Assembly (NCBI GenBank): GCA_017443235.1
Contig: JAFSOV010000017.1
Coordinates: forward strand, 32,947-96,946
Reading direction: 5' to 3'
DNA length: 64,000 bases
Origin: Alphaproteobacteria bacterium
Lineage (GTDB): Bacteria; Pseudomonadota; Alphaproteobacteria; Rs-D84
This document shows positions 21,177-30,606 of this stretch, one piece after another (position 1 is the first letter of the stretch; every line of letters starts with the position of its first letter). The notes under the pieces are model-generated. The model worked only from the letters and a program-made list of their open reading frames with translations, did not search any database and had not been told where the DNA came from. The position numbers and the translations under genes are program-made.

Positions 21177-22112
21177 TCACACATCTATTATATCATAATT
21201 ATCTGGATTACTGAACAATTTTTTAAGCAACATATTATTCATTGCGTGACTGCCCTTGTACGATTCAAAATTTCCCACAATAAACGCACCGGACGTGAAC
21301 ATATCGCCAATTGCATCTATGATTTTATGACGCACAAATTCGTCTGGCCAGAAAGTTTTATTCAATGTTCCGTCCCCCGCATCATTCAACGCAATAACAT
21401 TGTTTTCATTTGCGCCACGCGCCATACCATGTTTTTTCAGGTATTCCCATTCTGCATATTTTCCAAATGTCCGTGCGCGCGCAATATTTTTAACAAAATC
21501 TGCGACCGATTTTTTTGTTCCATCATAAGTATATGAAAAACTTTGATACCCTATGATTTTTTCACGATAAACCAAGGTCGCATATATATTCAAAGAATTT
21601 TTATCATTTGGCGTCAATTTAACGAAACCATCAATATTGCGGCGGGCCAATAAATTCATAAACCAAATTTTTGCACGTGTCCAAAACGGCAAAGACCGAA
21701 AAACCTCTAACGCACCAACATAAATTGGACGCCGCACAATAATACGCTTTATCTTGCCACCCATTGCACCCGCCGCCGATATTTTGCGGTAAAATTCAAT
21801 CGCACTGCCATCCAATATGGGGGTTTCCGGGCCATCTATATCAACAATTGCGCTGTCAATTCCGGCCATAAACATTGCCGCCATAAAATGTTCAATTGTT
21901 TTTACGTGCGCAGAATCTAAATCACCAATTGTGGTATTGCGCATTTTTGTATCGCCAACATTATCAAATTTTGCAGGTATTAAATTTTTACCTAAATCCG
22001 TCCGCCGAAAAAATATTCCACGTTTTTTTGATGGTTTAACAACCATACTCACCGGCGCCCCCGAATGAATTCCAACCCCGGAAAATTTAACAGACTTTTT
22101 TATCGTCGGCAT
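21177..22112 (-). CDS. lpxC: UDP-3-O-acyl-GlcNAc deacetylase
   Basis: N-terminal KKSVKFSGVGIHSG, HFMAAM, HKIIDAIGD. Confidence 0.9.
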   Translation of the reverse strand: MPTIKKSVKFSGVGIHSGAPVSMVVKPSKKRGIFFRRTDLGKNLIPAKFDNVGDTKMRNTTIGDLDSAHVKTIEHFMAAMFMAGIDSAIVDIDGPETPILDGSAIEFYRKISAAGAMGGKIKRIIVRRPIYVGALEVFRSLPFWTRAKIWFMNLLARRNIDGFVKLTPNDKNSLNIYATLVYREKIIGYQSFSYTYDGTKKSVADFVKNIARARTFGKYAEWEYLKKHGMARGANENNVIALNDAGDGTLNKTFWPDEFVRHKIIDAIGDMFTSGAFIVGNFESYKGSHAMNNMLLKKLFSNPDNYDIIDV

Positions 22113-23010
22113 TTAATTTCTCCCTTAACCAATCAAAGAATTTTTCATCTATGTTTGTTTCTAATCTAACATATTTTATTTTGTCGCGCACATTTTCCGG
22201 CAACCGCACCCAGTCTTTTTCCGTGGTCACCAGTTTTGCATTTTTGCGTTTTGCCAAATTCATTAAATTTTGAATATCTTTTTCGGTATATTGATAATGG
22301 TCGCCAAACGCACGCCGCGCAACAACGTTTGGCAACGCCCGAAAGAACTTTTTCGGGTACCCAATTCCCGCAAAGGCAACAATTCGGTCGTATCGGCCAT
22401 TTGGCATAACATTTTTGTTTGTTGCATAAAACACCGGCACATTTTCAGGCAACTTTTTTATTTTTGATTTTTCACGTTTAATAATAATTATCGCATCCGC
22501 ACGCCGGATATGCTTTTTTGGTTCGCGTAACGGCCCCGCCGGCAACAGAAAACCATTTCCAAACCCCAACCCCGCATCAATAACAAAAATAGATATGTCT
22601 TTTTTAATAGACGGATTTTGCAAACCATCATCCATCAATATTGGCCCGTTTTCATTTTTTTGACGATTTAATAGCATTATATTACTTTTCCGGTGACCAA
22701 CATGAACCGCAATTCCATCGTTCATCAACATTGTTGCCTCGTCACCAATATTGCCGGTTTTTGCACTGCGTTTGTACCCACGCATAACGACCGGTGTGTC
22801 CAACCGATTTGCAATTACGCGTACAATTGGTGTTTTTCCAACCCCGCCCGCAAACAGACCGCCCACACATATAATTTTACGGCGCGATTTATACGCAAAC
22901 ATTTTACGCCAACCATAAACCATGCATGACAAAACATAATAAACCCACGACACAGGCAATAATAAAAATGCCAACAGAGTTTTATGTAAAAACCACCACG
23001 GTGTCTTCAT
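22087..23010 (-). CDS. lpxK: tetraacyldisaccharide 4'-kinase
   Basis: GGLFAGGVGKTP P-loop, size, and context next to lpxC and the DUF374 gene. Confidence 0.85.
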   Translation of the reverse strand: MKTPWWFLHKTLLAFLLLPVSWVYYVLSCMVYGWRKMFAYKSRRKIICVGGLFAGGVGKTPIVRVIANRLDTPVVMRGYKRSAKTGNIGDEATMLMNDGIAVHVGHRKSNIMLLNRQKNENGPILMDDGLQNPSIKKDISIFVIDAGLGFGNGFLLPAGPLREPKKHIRRADAIIIIKREKSKIKKLPENVPVFYATNKNVMPNGRYDRIVAFAGIGYPKKFFRALPNVVARRAFGDHYQYTEKDIQNLMNLAKRKNAKLVTTEKDWVRLPENVRDKIKYVRLETNIDEKFFDWLREKLNADDKKVC

Positions 23011-23011
23011 T

Positions 23012-23791
23012 TTATCTGTACCTTTTGGTTAGTTTTGGCGCGCGCCCTTCTCTTCTTAGTCGTTTGAATTCACCTGTTTTCAAATCTTGTTCAACTACAT
23101 AATGGTTAAATTCTGCATCCAATTCACGCAGTTGTTTAACCATAATATCTTCTAATTCTTGTTGTTTAGATTCAAAATCGGCGTGTGAAATCTTGGAATC
23201 TATATACATCGGTTCACCAACCACACATTTTATCTTGGTAAACGGATACACCAACATATACCGGTCCCAACGATTTTGAATCCAAACATGCCGCGCCGAA
23301 AAACAAACCGGAATTATCGGTGCCCCGGTCATTTTTGCAAAATACAGTGCGCCTTCCTGCACGCGCAGCGACGGTCCACCCGGCCCATCGGGCGAAATGC
23401 ACAGTGAATGGTCACCACGCCGCAACGCGCGCACACCTTCACGCAGGACCGATATGCCACCGTTATGCGAACTGCCATAAATTGCGCGCAGACCGAACAA
23501 ATGTTGTAATTTTGCCATCATTTTACCATCTTTGTGGCGCGATGCAATTGCATAGGATTTCATTCCACCTAAACACACAATCGGCGATAACATCAAACTG
23601 CGCCCGTGCCAGAACACAAATATGGCGGGTTTATTATGAAATTTCTTAAATGTTTCATAATTTATAATCTGTTTTCGGCTGGTAAAGTATATAAACCATA
23701 TTATCGCGGCCATAATGGCGGCAATAACCCATTGAAACCCGGAAAAACCCAGTATCGGTTCCCAAAACTTTTTCCATAACTTTCTAAACAT
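23012..23791 (-). CDS. DUF374-type lysophospholipid acyltransferase family protein
   Basis: FVFWHGR, ISPDGPGGP. Typical neighbour of lpxK. Confidence 0.65.
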   Translation of the reverse strand: MFRKLWKKFWEPILGFSGFQWVIAAIMAAIIWFIYFTSRKQIINYETFKKFHNKPAIFVFWHGRSLMLSPIVCLGGMKSYAIASRHKDGKMMAKLQHLFGLRAIYGSSHNGGISVLREGVRALRRGDHSLCISPDGPGGPSLRVQEGALYFAKMTGAPIIPVCFSARHVWIQNRWDRYMLVYPFTKIKCVVGEPMYIDSKISHADFESKQQELEDIMVKQLRELDAEFNHYVVEQDLKTGEFKRLRREGRAPKLTKRYR

Positions 23792-23963
23792 ATAAAAATT
23801 CCATTAAATCAAGGGCATTTTACCAATAAAAAAGTCATATTTCAAGTATGTAATGGGAATAAAATTATATACAGTATACTAATATGTTTTTGTTATAAAA
23901 ATGTGCTATACGGCGGAAATACAGGCATTGCGTCAAAAAATACATACAAAAACCAATTTTTAT

Positions 23964-23991
23964 TTGACAAATAACAAATATATTCTATAAT
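23964..23991 (+). promoter_or_regulatory. near-consensus sigma70 promoter for tRNA-fMet
   Basis: TTGACA (23964-69), 16 nt, TATAAT (23986-91), 13 nt before the tRNA 5' end. Confidence 0.7.
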
Positions 23992-24004
23992 ACCCCCTGT
24001 TTAT

Positions 24005-24081
<77 letters not shown>

Positions 24082-24082
24082 C

Positions 24083-24130
24083 GAATTTTCTAAAAATACC
24101 GCGCTCGCGGTATTTTTGTTTAGAAAATTC
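24083..24130 (+). terminator. long A/T-flanked hairpin after tRNA-fMet
   Basis: GAATTTTCTAAAAATACCGCG-CT-CGCGGTATTTTT(GTTT)AGAAAATTC. Confidence 0.65.
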
Positions 24131-24192
24131 AGTGCCTCGCCGTAGCCTTGGCGCTTGCGCCACGAAGTTTTAACGAAGTGGCGAAGGCGGAC
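24131..24192 (+). repeat. tRNA-linked module AGTGCCTCGCCGTAGCC ... GGCGAAGGCGGAC
   Basis: Same ends as the other copies, with a different internal insert. Confidence 0.65.
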
Positions 24193-24504
24193 TTTTTTAT
24201 ATTTGCCAAAGGCAAAAATCCGCAGTTGGCGCGAAAATCTTATTTTCGCGAAATCCATCCAACATGAAGTTCGAATAACTACAAATTTGCGCACAGCCGG
24301 CACATTTTGTGCCGAGCGAGCGACAACAAGTAGATTTTACAAGCCTTAAGCACAGCAAAATCGTTACGGTTGCCCCGCAGGCATTTATGCCAAGGGAAAT
24401 CATCCCCAGCAAAAATACATAAATAATATTTATATATTTTTTACTTGTGTATATTTTTACAATTTTGCTAGCCTTGAAATAAGTATAAAAGTGTTTGAGG
24501 GCAC

Positions 24505-25578
24505 ATGCAGGTATTAAAACGGATAATTTTTGCCGTTGTTTTTGCTATTGGAATTTTATTCCGTACGTCTGTTTATGCCGAAGACCAAAATAATTTTGAA
24601 GCAAAATTTACTTTCACCATAAATGTGACCAGTACGCGAAATAACACAACCTTGTTCAAACTGGCTGCGACCGGAACATTCTATATCGACTATGGGGACG
24701 GCTCAACAGGCACAATAAATTCAACATCAACATCCCAGCAAACAATTTCCCACAAATATTCATCAACAGGGACCAAGACCGTAAAACTTGGTGGATTGGC
24801 AACCGGGTATTCAACCGGAACCGAAGAATCCGATGCAAGTATAAATTTTGCTGATATGACCACGATAACCAGTATATCTGGGTCACTTGGACGAATATTT
24901 CCGACCCTGTCCAATGGTTCCCAGCCATTGTTCAAGGTGACCTTTGCCGACTGTACAAACCTGGCCGGAACTATTCCCGAAGAATTGTTTGATGGTGTGA
25001 CCGGAACACCACGCGCAGAAATGTTTCGTTCACTGTTCTATAACGACACAAAATTAACGGGCAGTATACCCGCCGGGCTTTTTAGTGGTATATCTGGGAA
25101 TCAACAAACAAATCTGTTCAGGACAACATTCTATAACTGTTCCGGATTATCATCGTTCATTCCGCCCGAATTATTCGCCGGCATAAACACCAGTCCAACG
25201 GTAAGCACCGCATTTCAAAATGTATTCCAAAATTCTGGTTTGGTCACATCCTGTCCAAGCGGCTACAAAAAATACACGACCGGATTTGAATCAAGTTTCA
25301 ATAACAAAGTTTCATGCGAACCAGATGTGACATGTTCAACCGGATATGCCGCATATGGCACAGAATGTTATCGTACATGCTCGTTCGGTTCAAAATTTAT
25401 GGTATCAACCGGTTTAAGTTATGATATATTTGGTGAATCTGAACCATCATCAAATCCAAAAATGCATATAAAACTGGGGAATACAGAATGTTTTGTATTT
25501 TCAAAACCCGGTGCATCCAGCGGATTTAATTTCAAACACACCGATGGACAAACATATCATCTTGTTGGTGCGAATTAA
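24505..25578 (+). CDS. secreted repeat protein (BspA/LRR_5-like repeats) with Cys-rich C-terminus
   Basis: Signal peptide. Repeats of the form F..C..L.G.IP..LF.G (FADCTNLAGTIPEELFDG, TKLTGSIPAGLFSG, FYNCSGLSSFIPPELFAG). Confidence 0.55.
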   Translation: MQVLKRIIFAVVFAIGILFRTSVYAEDQNNFEAKFTFTINVTSTRNNTTLFKLAATGTFYIDYGDGSTGTINSTSTSQQTISHKYSSTGTKTVKLGGLATGYSTGTEESDASINFADMTTITSISGSLGRIFPTLSNGSQPLFKVTFADCTNLAGTIPEELFDGVTGTPRAEMFRSLFYNDTKLTGSIPAGLFSGISGNQQTNLFRTTFYNCSGLSSFIPPELFAGINTSPTVSTAFQNVFQNSGLVTSCPSGYKKYTTGFESSFNNKVSCEPDVTCSTGYAAYGTECYRTCSFGSKFMVSTGLSYDIFGESEPSSNPKMHIKLGNTECFVFSKPGASSGFNFKHTDGQTYHLVGAN

Positions 25579-25581
25579 TGT

Positions 25582-26661
25582 TTAATTATTAAACAAGAAA
25601 TGGCAAATGTCGCCTTCCTGCATAACATAGTCACGCCCGACCAGGCGCATTTTACCCGCCTCTTTCACTGCAACTTCACCACCATATTTTATATAATCTT
25701 CTGGTGAAATAACCTCTGCCCGGATAAAACCGCGTTCAAAATCCGTGTGAATTTTACCGGCCGCCTGTGGCGCGGTCATACCACGCGTTATTGTCCATGC
25801 ATGCGCTTCCTTTGGTCCAACGGTATAAAAAGTTTGCAGGCCCAATGTTTCATATCCGGTTTTTATCACCTGTTCCAGTCCCGAATGTTTCAAACCCAAA
25901 TCTTCCAAGAACATTTTTCTCTCATATGGGTCAACAATTTGCGCAATTTCCATCTCTATTTTCCCAGAAATTATCAACACCGGGTTTTTTGAACCGAATT
26001 TATCAACAACCATTTGTGAATATTTATTCCCGGTTGCGGCGGCGGATTCTTCAACATTACACACATAAATAACCGGTTTAGACGTCAATAAATTAAACGG
26101 CTTAGCATCAATGTCTGTATCACGCGCCGGCACAGATTTTTCCAGATTTTCCCGTATTAAATTCGCATCGGCCAACAGTTTGATGGCGACTTTATCTAAA
26201 CCATGCGCCTTTTTTTCCAGGTTTTTTATTTGTTTGTTTAAACTTTCCAAATCCGCCATCATTAATTCTGTTTCAATTGTATCAATATCGGCAATCGGGT
26301 CTATACGGCCATCTACATGCACAATATCATCATTTTCAAAGCAACGAACAACATGGATAATTGCGTCTGTTTCCAAAATATTCCCCAGGAATTTATTACC
26401 CAAACCTTCTCCATTTGATGCCCCACGCACCAGGCCCGCAATATCAACAATTTCCAATTGGGTTGGTATAATTTTGGCCGAATTATCAACCGCCGCCAAT
26501 TTATGCAGTGTCTCATCTGGCACAACCACCCGCCCCGTATTCGGTTCAATGGTGCAAAACGGATAATTTTGCGCGTCCGCCGCGGCGCTTTGTGTCAACG
26601 CATTAAATAATGTTGATTTTCCTACATTTGGCAAACCAACAATTCCACAATTGAAACCCAT
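25582..26661 (-). CDS. ychF: ribosome-binding ATPase YchF
   Basis: GLPNVGKSTLFNALT, TIEPN, and a TGS-like C-terminus. Confidence 0.9.
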   Translation of the reverse strand: MGFNCGIVGLPNVGKSTLFNALTQSAAADAQNYPFCTIEPNTGRVVVPDETLHKLAAVDNSAKIIPTQLEIVDIAGLVRGASNGEGLGNKFLGNILETDAIIHVVRCFENDDIVHVDGRIDPIADIDTIETELMMADLESLNKQIKNLEKKAHGLDKVAIKLLADANLIRENLEKSVPARDTDIDAKPFNLLTSKPVIYVCNVEESAAATGNKYSQMVVDKFGSKNPVLIISGKIEMEIAQIVDPYERKMFLEDLGLKHSGLEQVIKTGYETLGLQTFYTVGPKEAHAWTITRGMTAPQAAGKIHTDFERGFIRAEVISPEDYIKYGGEVAVKEAGKMRLVGRDYVMQEGDICHFLFNN

Positions 26662-26688
26662 AACAAAATCCTTTATAATATATGTAAT

Positions 26689-27375
26689 ATGTCATACATG
26701 TGGAACGAATTCAATATAAAAACATTTCCTGCGGAAACCATTGTTTACCGCGATGGTATATATCAACCTGAACTTTCCACATTACCGGAACAAAAAAGTA
26801 TATCTAAAAAATATGATTTACCTGTACATATTATATATGTTGGTAAAATATCTGGCGAAAACACATTAAATATAAACCTGACTCAATCCAATCAGCCGGT
26901 ATTTTTAAGTATAAATATAAAAAACGATTTCCCGGCTTTTTTGAATATTTTCATCAAAAATGCCGGGAAAAATTCCGAAATTCGCGGGCATATTTTATTA
27001 CAAAATTCATCTAATTTAGATGTTAAAATAACCGCGGAACATTCCGCCCCGGATACCGGCATTTTATTACAAACAAAAATTATTGGTGAAAAAGACAGTT
27101 TTTCCAAAATTTCCGGGACAGCGATTATAAACAAAAATTGCGAAAATACTAAATCAGATATATGCTTTGCCGGTCTTGCCACCGATAAAAGTGCGAAAAT
27201 AAGGTTCACCCCAGGTCAAAAAATATCATCTGTACCCGAATTCGCAGACCACAGTGCATATATATTCCACTCAAATTCGGCCCAAGAAAATTATCTGCGG
27301 GAATCTGGCCTGTCTTATTCCCAGGTGGAAAATGTGATGATAGAGGCATTTATCCAAGATTTTAACCTGTTTTAG
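26689..27375 (+). CDS. short SufB/SufD-family beta-helix protein (orphan)
   Basis: C-terminal FADHSAYIF...ENYLRESGLSYSQVENVMIEAF resembles the SufD C-terminus. No sufBC nearby. Confidence 0.5.
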   Translation: MSYMWNEFNIKTFPAETIVYRDGIYQPELSTLPEQKSISKKYDLPVHIIYVGKISGENTLNINLTQSNQPVFLSINIKNDFPAFLNIFIKNAGKNSEIRGHILLQNSSNLDVKITAEHSAPDTGILLQTKIIGEKDSFSKISGTAIINKNCENTKSDICFAGLATDKSAKIRFTPGQKISSVPEFADHSAYIFHSNSAQENYLRESGLSYSQVENVMIEAFIQDFNLF

Positions 27376-27437
27376 GTATATAAAAAATACGGCATCCAAC
27401 GACGAATACCGTAAATATAAATAGAAAAACACGGGGT

Positions 27438-27572
27438 TTATTTTCTTTTAAAACCCTGTTTAGCCTTGAATTTCGGGTTATCAGGATCAATCAAGACAAC
27501 CTGTTTGCCACGACGAACCTGTTTAATATTCCCACGTTTCTTCCATGCCTTTAATGAACTTAAAAATTTCAT
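27438..27572 (-). CDS. rpmJ: 50S ribosomal protein L36, type B (zinc-independent)
   Basis: Below the ORF-track size cutoff. My translation is MKFLSSLKAWKKRGNIKQVRRGKQVVLIDPDNPKFKAKQGFKRK, which matches the YkgO-type L36 pattern. Confidence 0.8.
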   Translation of the reverse strand: MKFLSSLKAWKKRGNIKQVRRGKQVVLIDPDNPKFKAKQGFKRK

Positions 27573-27658
27573 ATCTATATCCTTTTTGCCAAGGCATTAT
27601 AAACACTTTTTAACAAAAATCAAATAATATATTTATATTTTGTTGTTATTGTTGTACC

Positions 27659-27842
27659 TGTTGAAATTGTTGAAAAATCATTTTTAACAAAGTTTTCAAC
27701 AATTTTATTCAATATTCCCGGTGTTTTTATCAAAATTGTTAAAAAAATCCGGCATTAAAAACCTGTTGAAAAATAGCAAGGTTTTCAACAAATTTAACAA
27801 TTTTATCTTTTTGTTTTTTATGCTTGTTGAAAATTGTTGAAA
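27659..27842. promoter_or_regulatory. array of TGTTGAAA / TTTCAACA octamers upstream of virB3
   Basis: Direct copies at 27659, 27668, 27764, 27825 and 27835. Inverted copies at 27694 and 27783. Confidence 0.6.
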
Positions 27843-27852
27843 TTGTTATAAT
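27824..27852 (+). promoter_or_regulatory. putative virB3-virB4 promoter
   Basis: TTGTTG, 17 nt, TATAAT (27847-52), 34 nt before the ATG. Overlaps two octamer copies. Confidence 0.45.
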
Positions 27853-27885
27853 AATATAAGTCCATATAGGGGGGATTTTAATAAA

Positions 27886-28191
27886 ATGAAACAGCAAGTG
27901 CTGAAAGCTTTGGCGAATCCGTCGCATTTGTTTTATGTGCCATATACTTTGGCCGTGCTGAATTTTATGGTCCAGTTTATTATTTTTACTACATTATATA
28001 TAATTGGTATATTTGTTCTTGGGACGGATAAAGTCAATACTTACTTAAACCCTTTATATTTTTTGGCATCTGTAATAGTTGTTCATATGATTTTGGCGAC
28101 TTTTTCAAAGCGTGATGCACAACTGGGGCAGATTTTGGTGGCCAAGATAAAAATGTTCAAAAATAAAATTCCACGGAGATTACCTGCATAA
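27886..28191 (+). CDS. virB3: type IV secretion protein VirB3
   Basis: 101 aa, two TM helices, directly precedes and overlaps virB4. Confidence 0.75.
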   Translation: MKQQVLKALANPSHLFYVPYTLAVLNFMVQFIIFTTLYIIGIFVLGTDKVNTYLNPLYFLASVIVVHMILATFSKRDAQLGQILVAKIKMFKNKIPRRLPA

Positions 28192-30605
28192 TGAATAATT
28201 TTTTTGAATTTTTTGCCGGTGGTGGAATGTCTAACAGCCTGACTTTGACGGTTATGGTTGCGGCTGTTATTTTTATGTTTATTGTACTGATGATGTTTAT
28301 TCCAACAATTATTAAACATATATTTCCAAAATTTGGATATAAACATTATGCTGAATACATACCATTTCAAACGGTTTATACAGATAATTCTATTGAATTA
28401 GATGATGGTTGTTTGGTTCGTGTGTATTCGGTTGCCGGTGTCCAAACCAGTATGCAAACCGAAGAGAATCGTGCAAAGTTTTTAGATTTGCGTGCACAAT
28501 TATTTAATCAAATACACGACCCGAATGTTATTATGCGTTTTTTTACAATTCGTGATGCGGCCGGCGAAAATACGAACTATGAATTTGATCAACCGGTTTT
28601 GCAAAAAATATATGATAAATGGCATTCCCAGGGATTAAAGATTTTCCTTAATAATTATTATATTGTTTTATCTGTGCGTGGCGCATCTGCGCGTGACAAA
28701 TTGAATCAGTATGGAAATTATATTGAATCTATACTTGCGCCGTACAAACCAGTTATGTTAAAAAATAATTCGCGTTATAATATGGCACGGTTTTTTGGTC
28801 GCATACTTTCGCCAATAACAAAACCAAAACCTGCCGTTTGTGATGAAAAAATAACAGAACTGACAACGGTTGATGATGTTGAATTTATGCGTAATGGTAA
28901 TATAAGGTATGTAAGTGGCGACCGCGAATATTATGCGGCATTATTGTCTTTCCGTGGCGCACCGGATTATTTAGATGAAGATTTCTTTGATTCTGTGAAC
29001 ACAATTCAAACAGAAATGATTTGCATGAACGGTTTCAAGATTATGGATGCCGCCGCGGTCGATGCCACTTTGCGTCAACGCCGCAGTGCCGCCGAAAAAG
29101 AAAATGATTCAACCGAAGAACAGATTTCCAGTGCTGAATCGGTTATGGATGAAAATGTTTCCGGAAATCAAACATTGGTCAATTATTATCCTTTGTTTAT
29201 ATTATTTGGTAAAACCCCCGAAGAATTAAACGAATATGTTGACGAGTTTAAGAAAATTTCTGCATCGTTTGGTGTATCACCAATCCAAGAAAATTTTGCG
29301 TCCAAGGTTTCTTGGTTTTCGATTGTGCCCGGTTTCGATACATTCCCACGCACATTCAAAATGTTATCACGTGCCGCGGCAATATCGGTGCCTATGTCAA
29401 CCACACCGCGCGGTGTTACGAACAGCGATTGGGGTCCGGGACCATTGGTTGTATTCCCCACCGCCCAGGGCACACCATATCAATTCCAATTCCATGTTTC
29501 TGACCGGCCCGCCGCGGTTGGGCATACTTTGACAATTGGTCCAACGGGTGGTGGTAAAACAACACTGTTCTCGTTCCTTATTGCGCAATCACTGCGTCAT
29601 AAAAAATTAAAGGCATTTTTCTTTGACCGTAACAAAGGTGCCGAAATATTTACCCTTGCGGTTGGGGGAAAATATGTGACAATGCAGGGTAAAGAGAAAA
29701 ATGAAGAAAGTTTTTTAACACACCTGAACCCATTGAAAATGCCGGATACGGTTGCAAACCGGGCTTTCCTGCGGCGTTGGTTTGCAATGATATCTGAACA
29801 AAACGATGCATTATCTGCGGACGAAATTGCACGCGCGGTTTCTGTGAACTTTGATTATCTGGTCGATAAAGACCGTATGTTAAAGAATTTGTATGAAAGT
29901 TGTTTTTCATCAAATGGTAAAATGCGCCCTGCCCTTAAAAAATGGGTTGACCCGTTGCAGTACGGTGAAATATTTAATGAAGAAACCGACACGCTTGACC
30001 TGCAATCACGTTTAACAACATTCGACTTTACCGATATTTTGCAAGATGCGACATTGGCACCTGCGGTTATATCATATATATTGCACAGAATAAATAATAC
30101 GACCGTATCTGGTGGAAATCCGTCTTTGATTATGATTGATGAAACCGCGCCTATGTTGGAAAACAAAATGTTCCGCGATAATTTTATTGCGGGACTTCAA
30201 GAAGGAAGAAAAAATCGCCAGGCATATATGGTCGCATTCCAACGCGCAAATGTTTTGGATAAATTGGGAATTGGTGATGTCGTTCGTGGCCAGGCCCAAA
30301 CGATTATGTTCTTCCGTAATCCGGCGGCGGATGCGGCGGATTATGAACATTGGAATTTGAATCCATTGGAAATGGCGTTTATCCAAGGTAAAGCATATCC
30401 AAACCTGAAACGTGCGGTGTTATTGATGCGCCCGGTGAATAATGAATCTGTTATTTTGAATACAGAACTTGGTGGACTTGGAAATCTTTTAAGATTATTT
30501 GAATCGGGTCGTTCATCGGTATTGTTGGCCGAAGAATTATATAATCAATTTGGTTCGAATTTTGTTGCGGAATACCTTAAGAAGCAAGGTGCAGGTGATT
30601 TTTAA
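28191..30605 (+). CDS. virB4: type IV secretion ATPase VirB4
   Basis: 804 aa. Walker A GPTGGGKTT, Walker B LIMIDE. Confidence 0.9.
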   Translation: MNNFFEFFAGGGMSNSLTLTVMVAAVIFMFIVLMMFIPTIIKHIFPKFGYKHYAEYIPFQTVYTDNSIELDDGCLVRVYSVAGVQTSMQTEENRAKFLDLRAQLFNQIHDPNVIMRFFTIRDAAGENTNYEFDQPVLQKIYDKWHSQGLKIFLNNYYIVLSVRGASARDKLNQYGNYIESILAPYKPVMLKNNSRYNMARFFGRILSPITKPKPAVCDEKITELTTVDDVEFMRNGNIRYVSGDREYYAALLSFRGAPDYLDEDFFDSVNTIQTEMICMNGFKIMDAAAVDATLRQRRSAAEKENDSTEEQISSAESVMDENVSGNQTLVNYYPLFILFGKTPEELNEYVDEFKKISASFGVSPIQENFASKVSWFSIVPGFDTFPRTFKMLSRAAAISVPMSTTPRGVTNSDWGPGPLVVFPTAQGTPYQFQFHVSDRPAAVGHTLTIGPTGGGKTTLFSFLIAQSLRHKKLKAFFFDRNKGAEIFTLAVGGKYVTMQGKEKNEESFLTHLNPLKMPDTVANRAFLRRWFAMISEQNDALSADEIARAVSVNFDYLVDKDRMLKNLYESCFSSNGKMRPALKKWVDPLQYGEIFNEETDTLDLQSRLTTFDFTDILQDATLAPAVISYILHRINNTTVSGGNPSLIMIDETAPMLENKMFRDNFIAGLQEGRKNRQAYMVAFQRANVLDKLGIGDVVRGQAQTIMFFRNPAADAADYEHWNLNPLEMAFIQGKAYPNLKRAVLLMRPVNNESVILNTELGGLGNLLRLFESGRSSVLLAEELYNQFGSNFVAEYLKKQGAGDF

Positions 30606-30606
30606 T

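Noticed and set aside
30499-30606. Upstream extension of the HExxH protein into virB4
   Set aside because: The extension lies inside the virB4 coding frame. ATG 30607, 2 nt after the virB4 stop codon, gives a canonical signal peptide.
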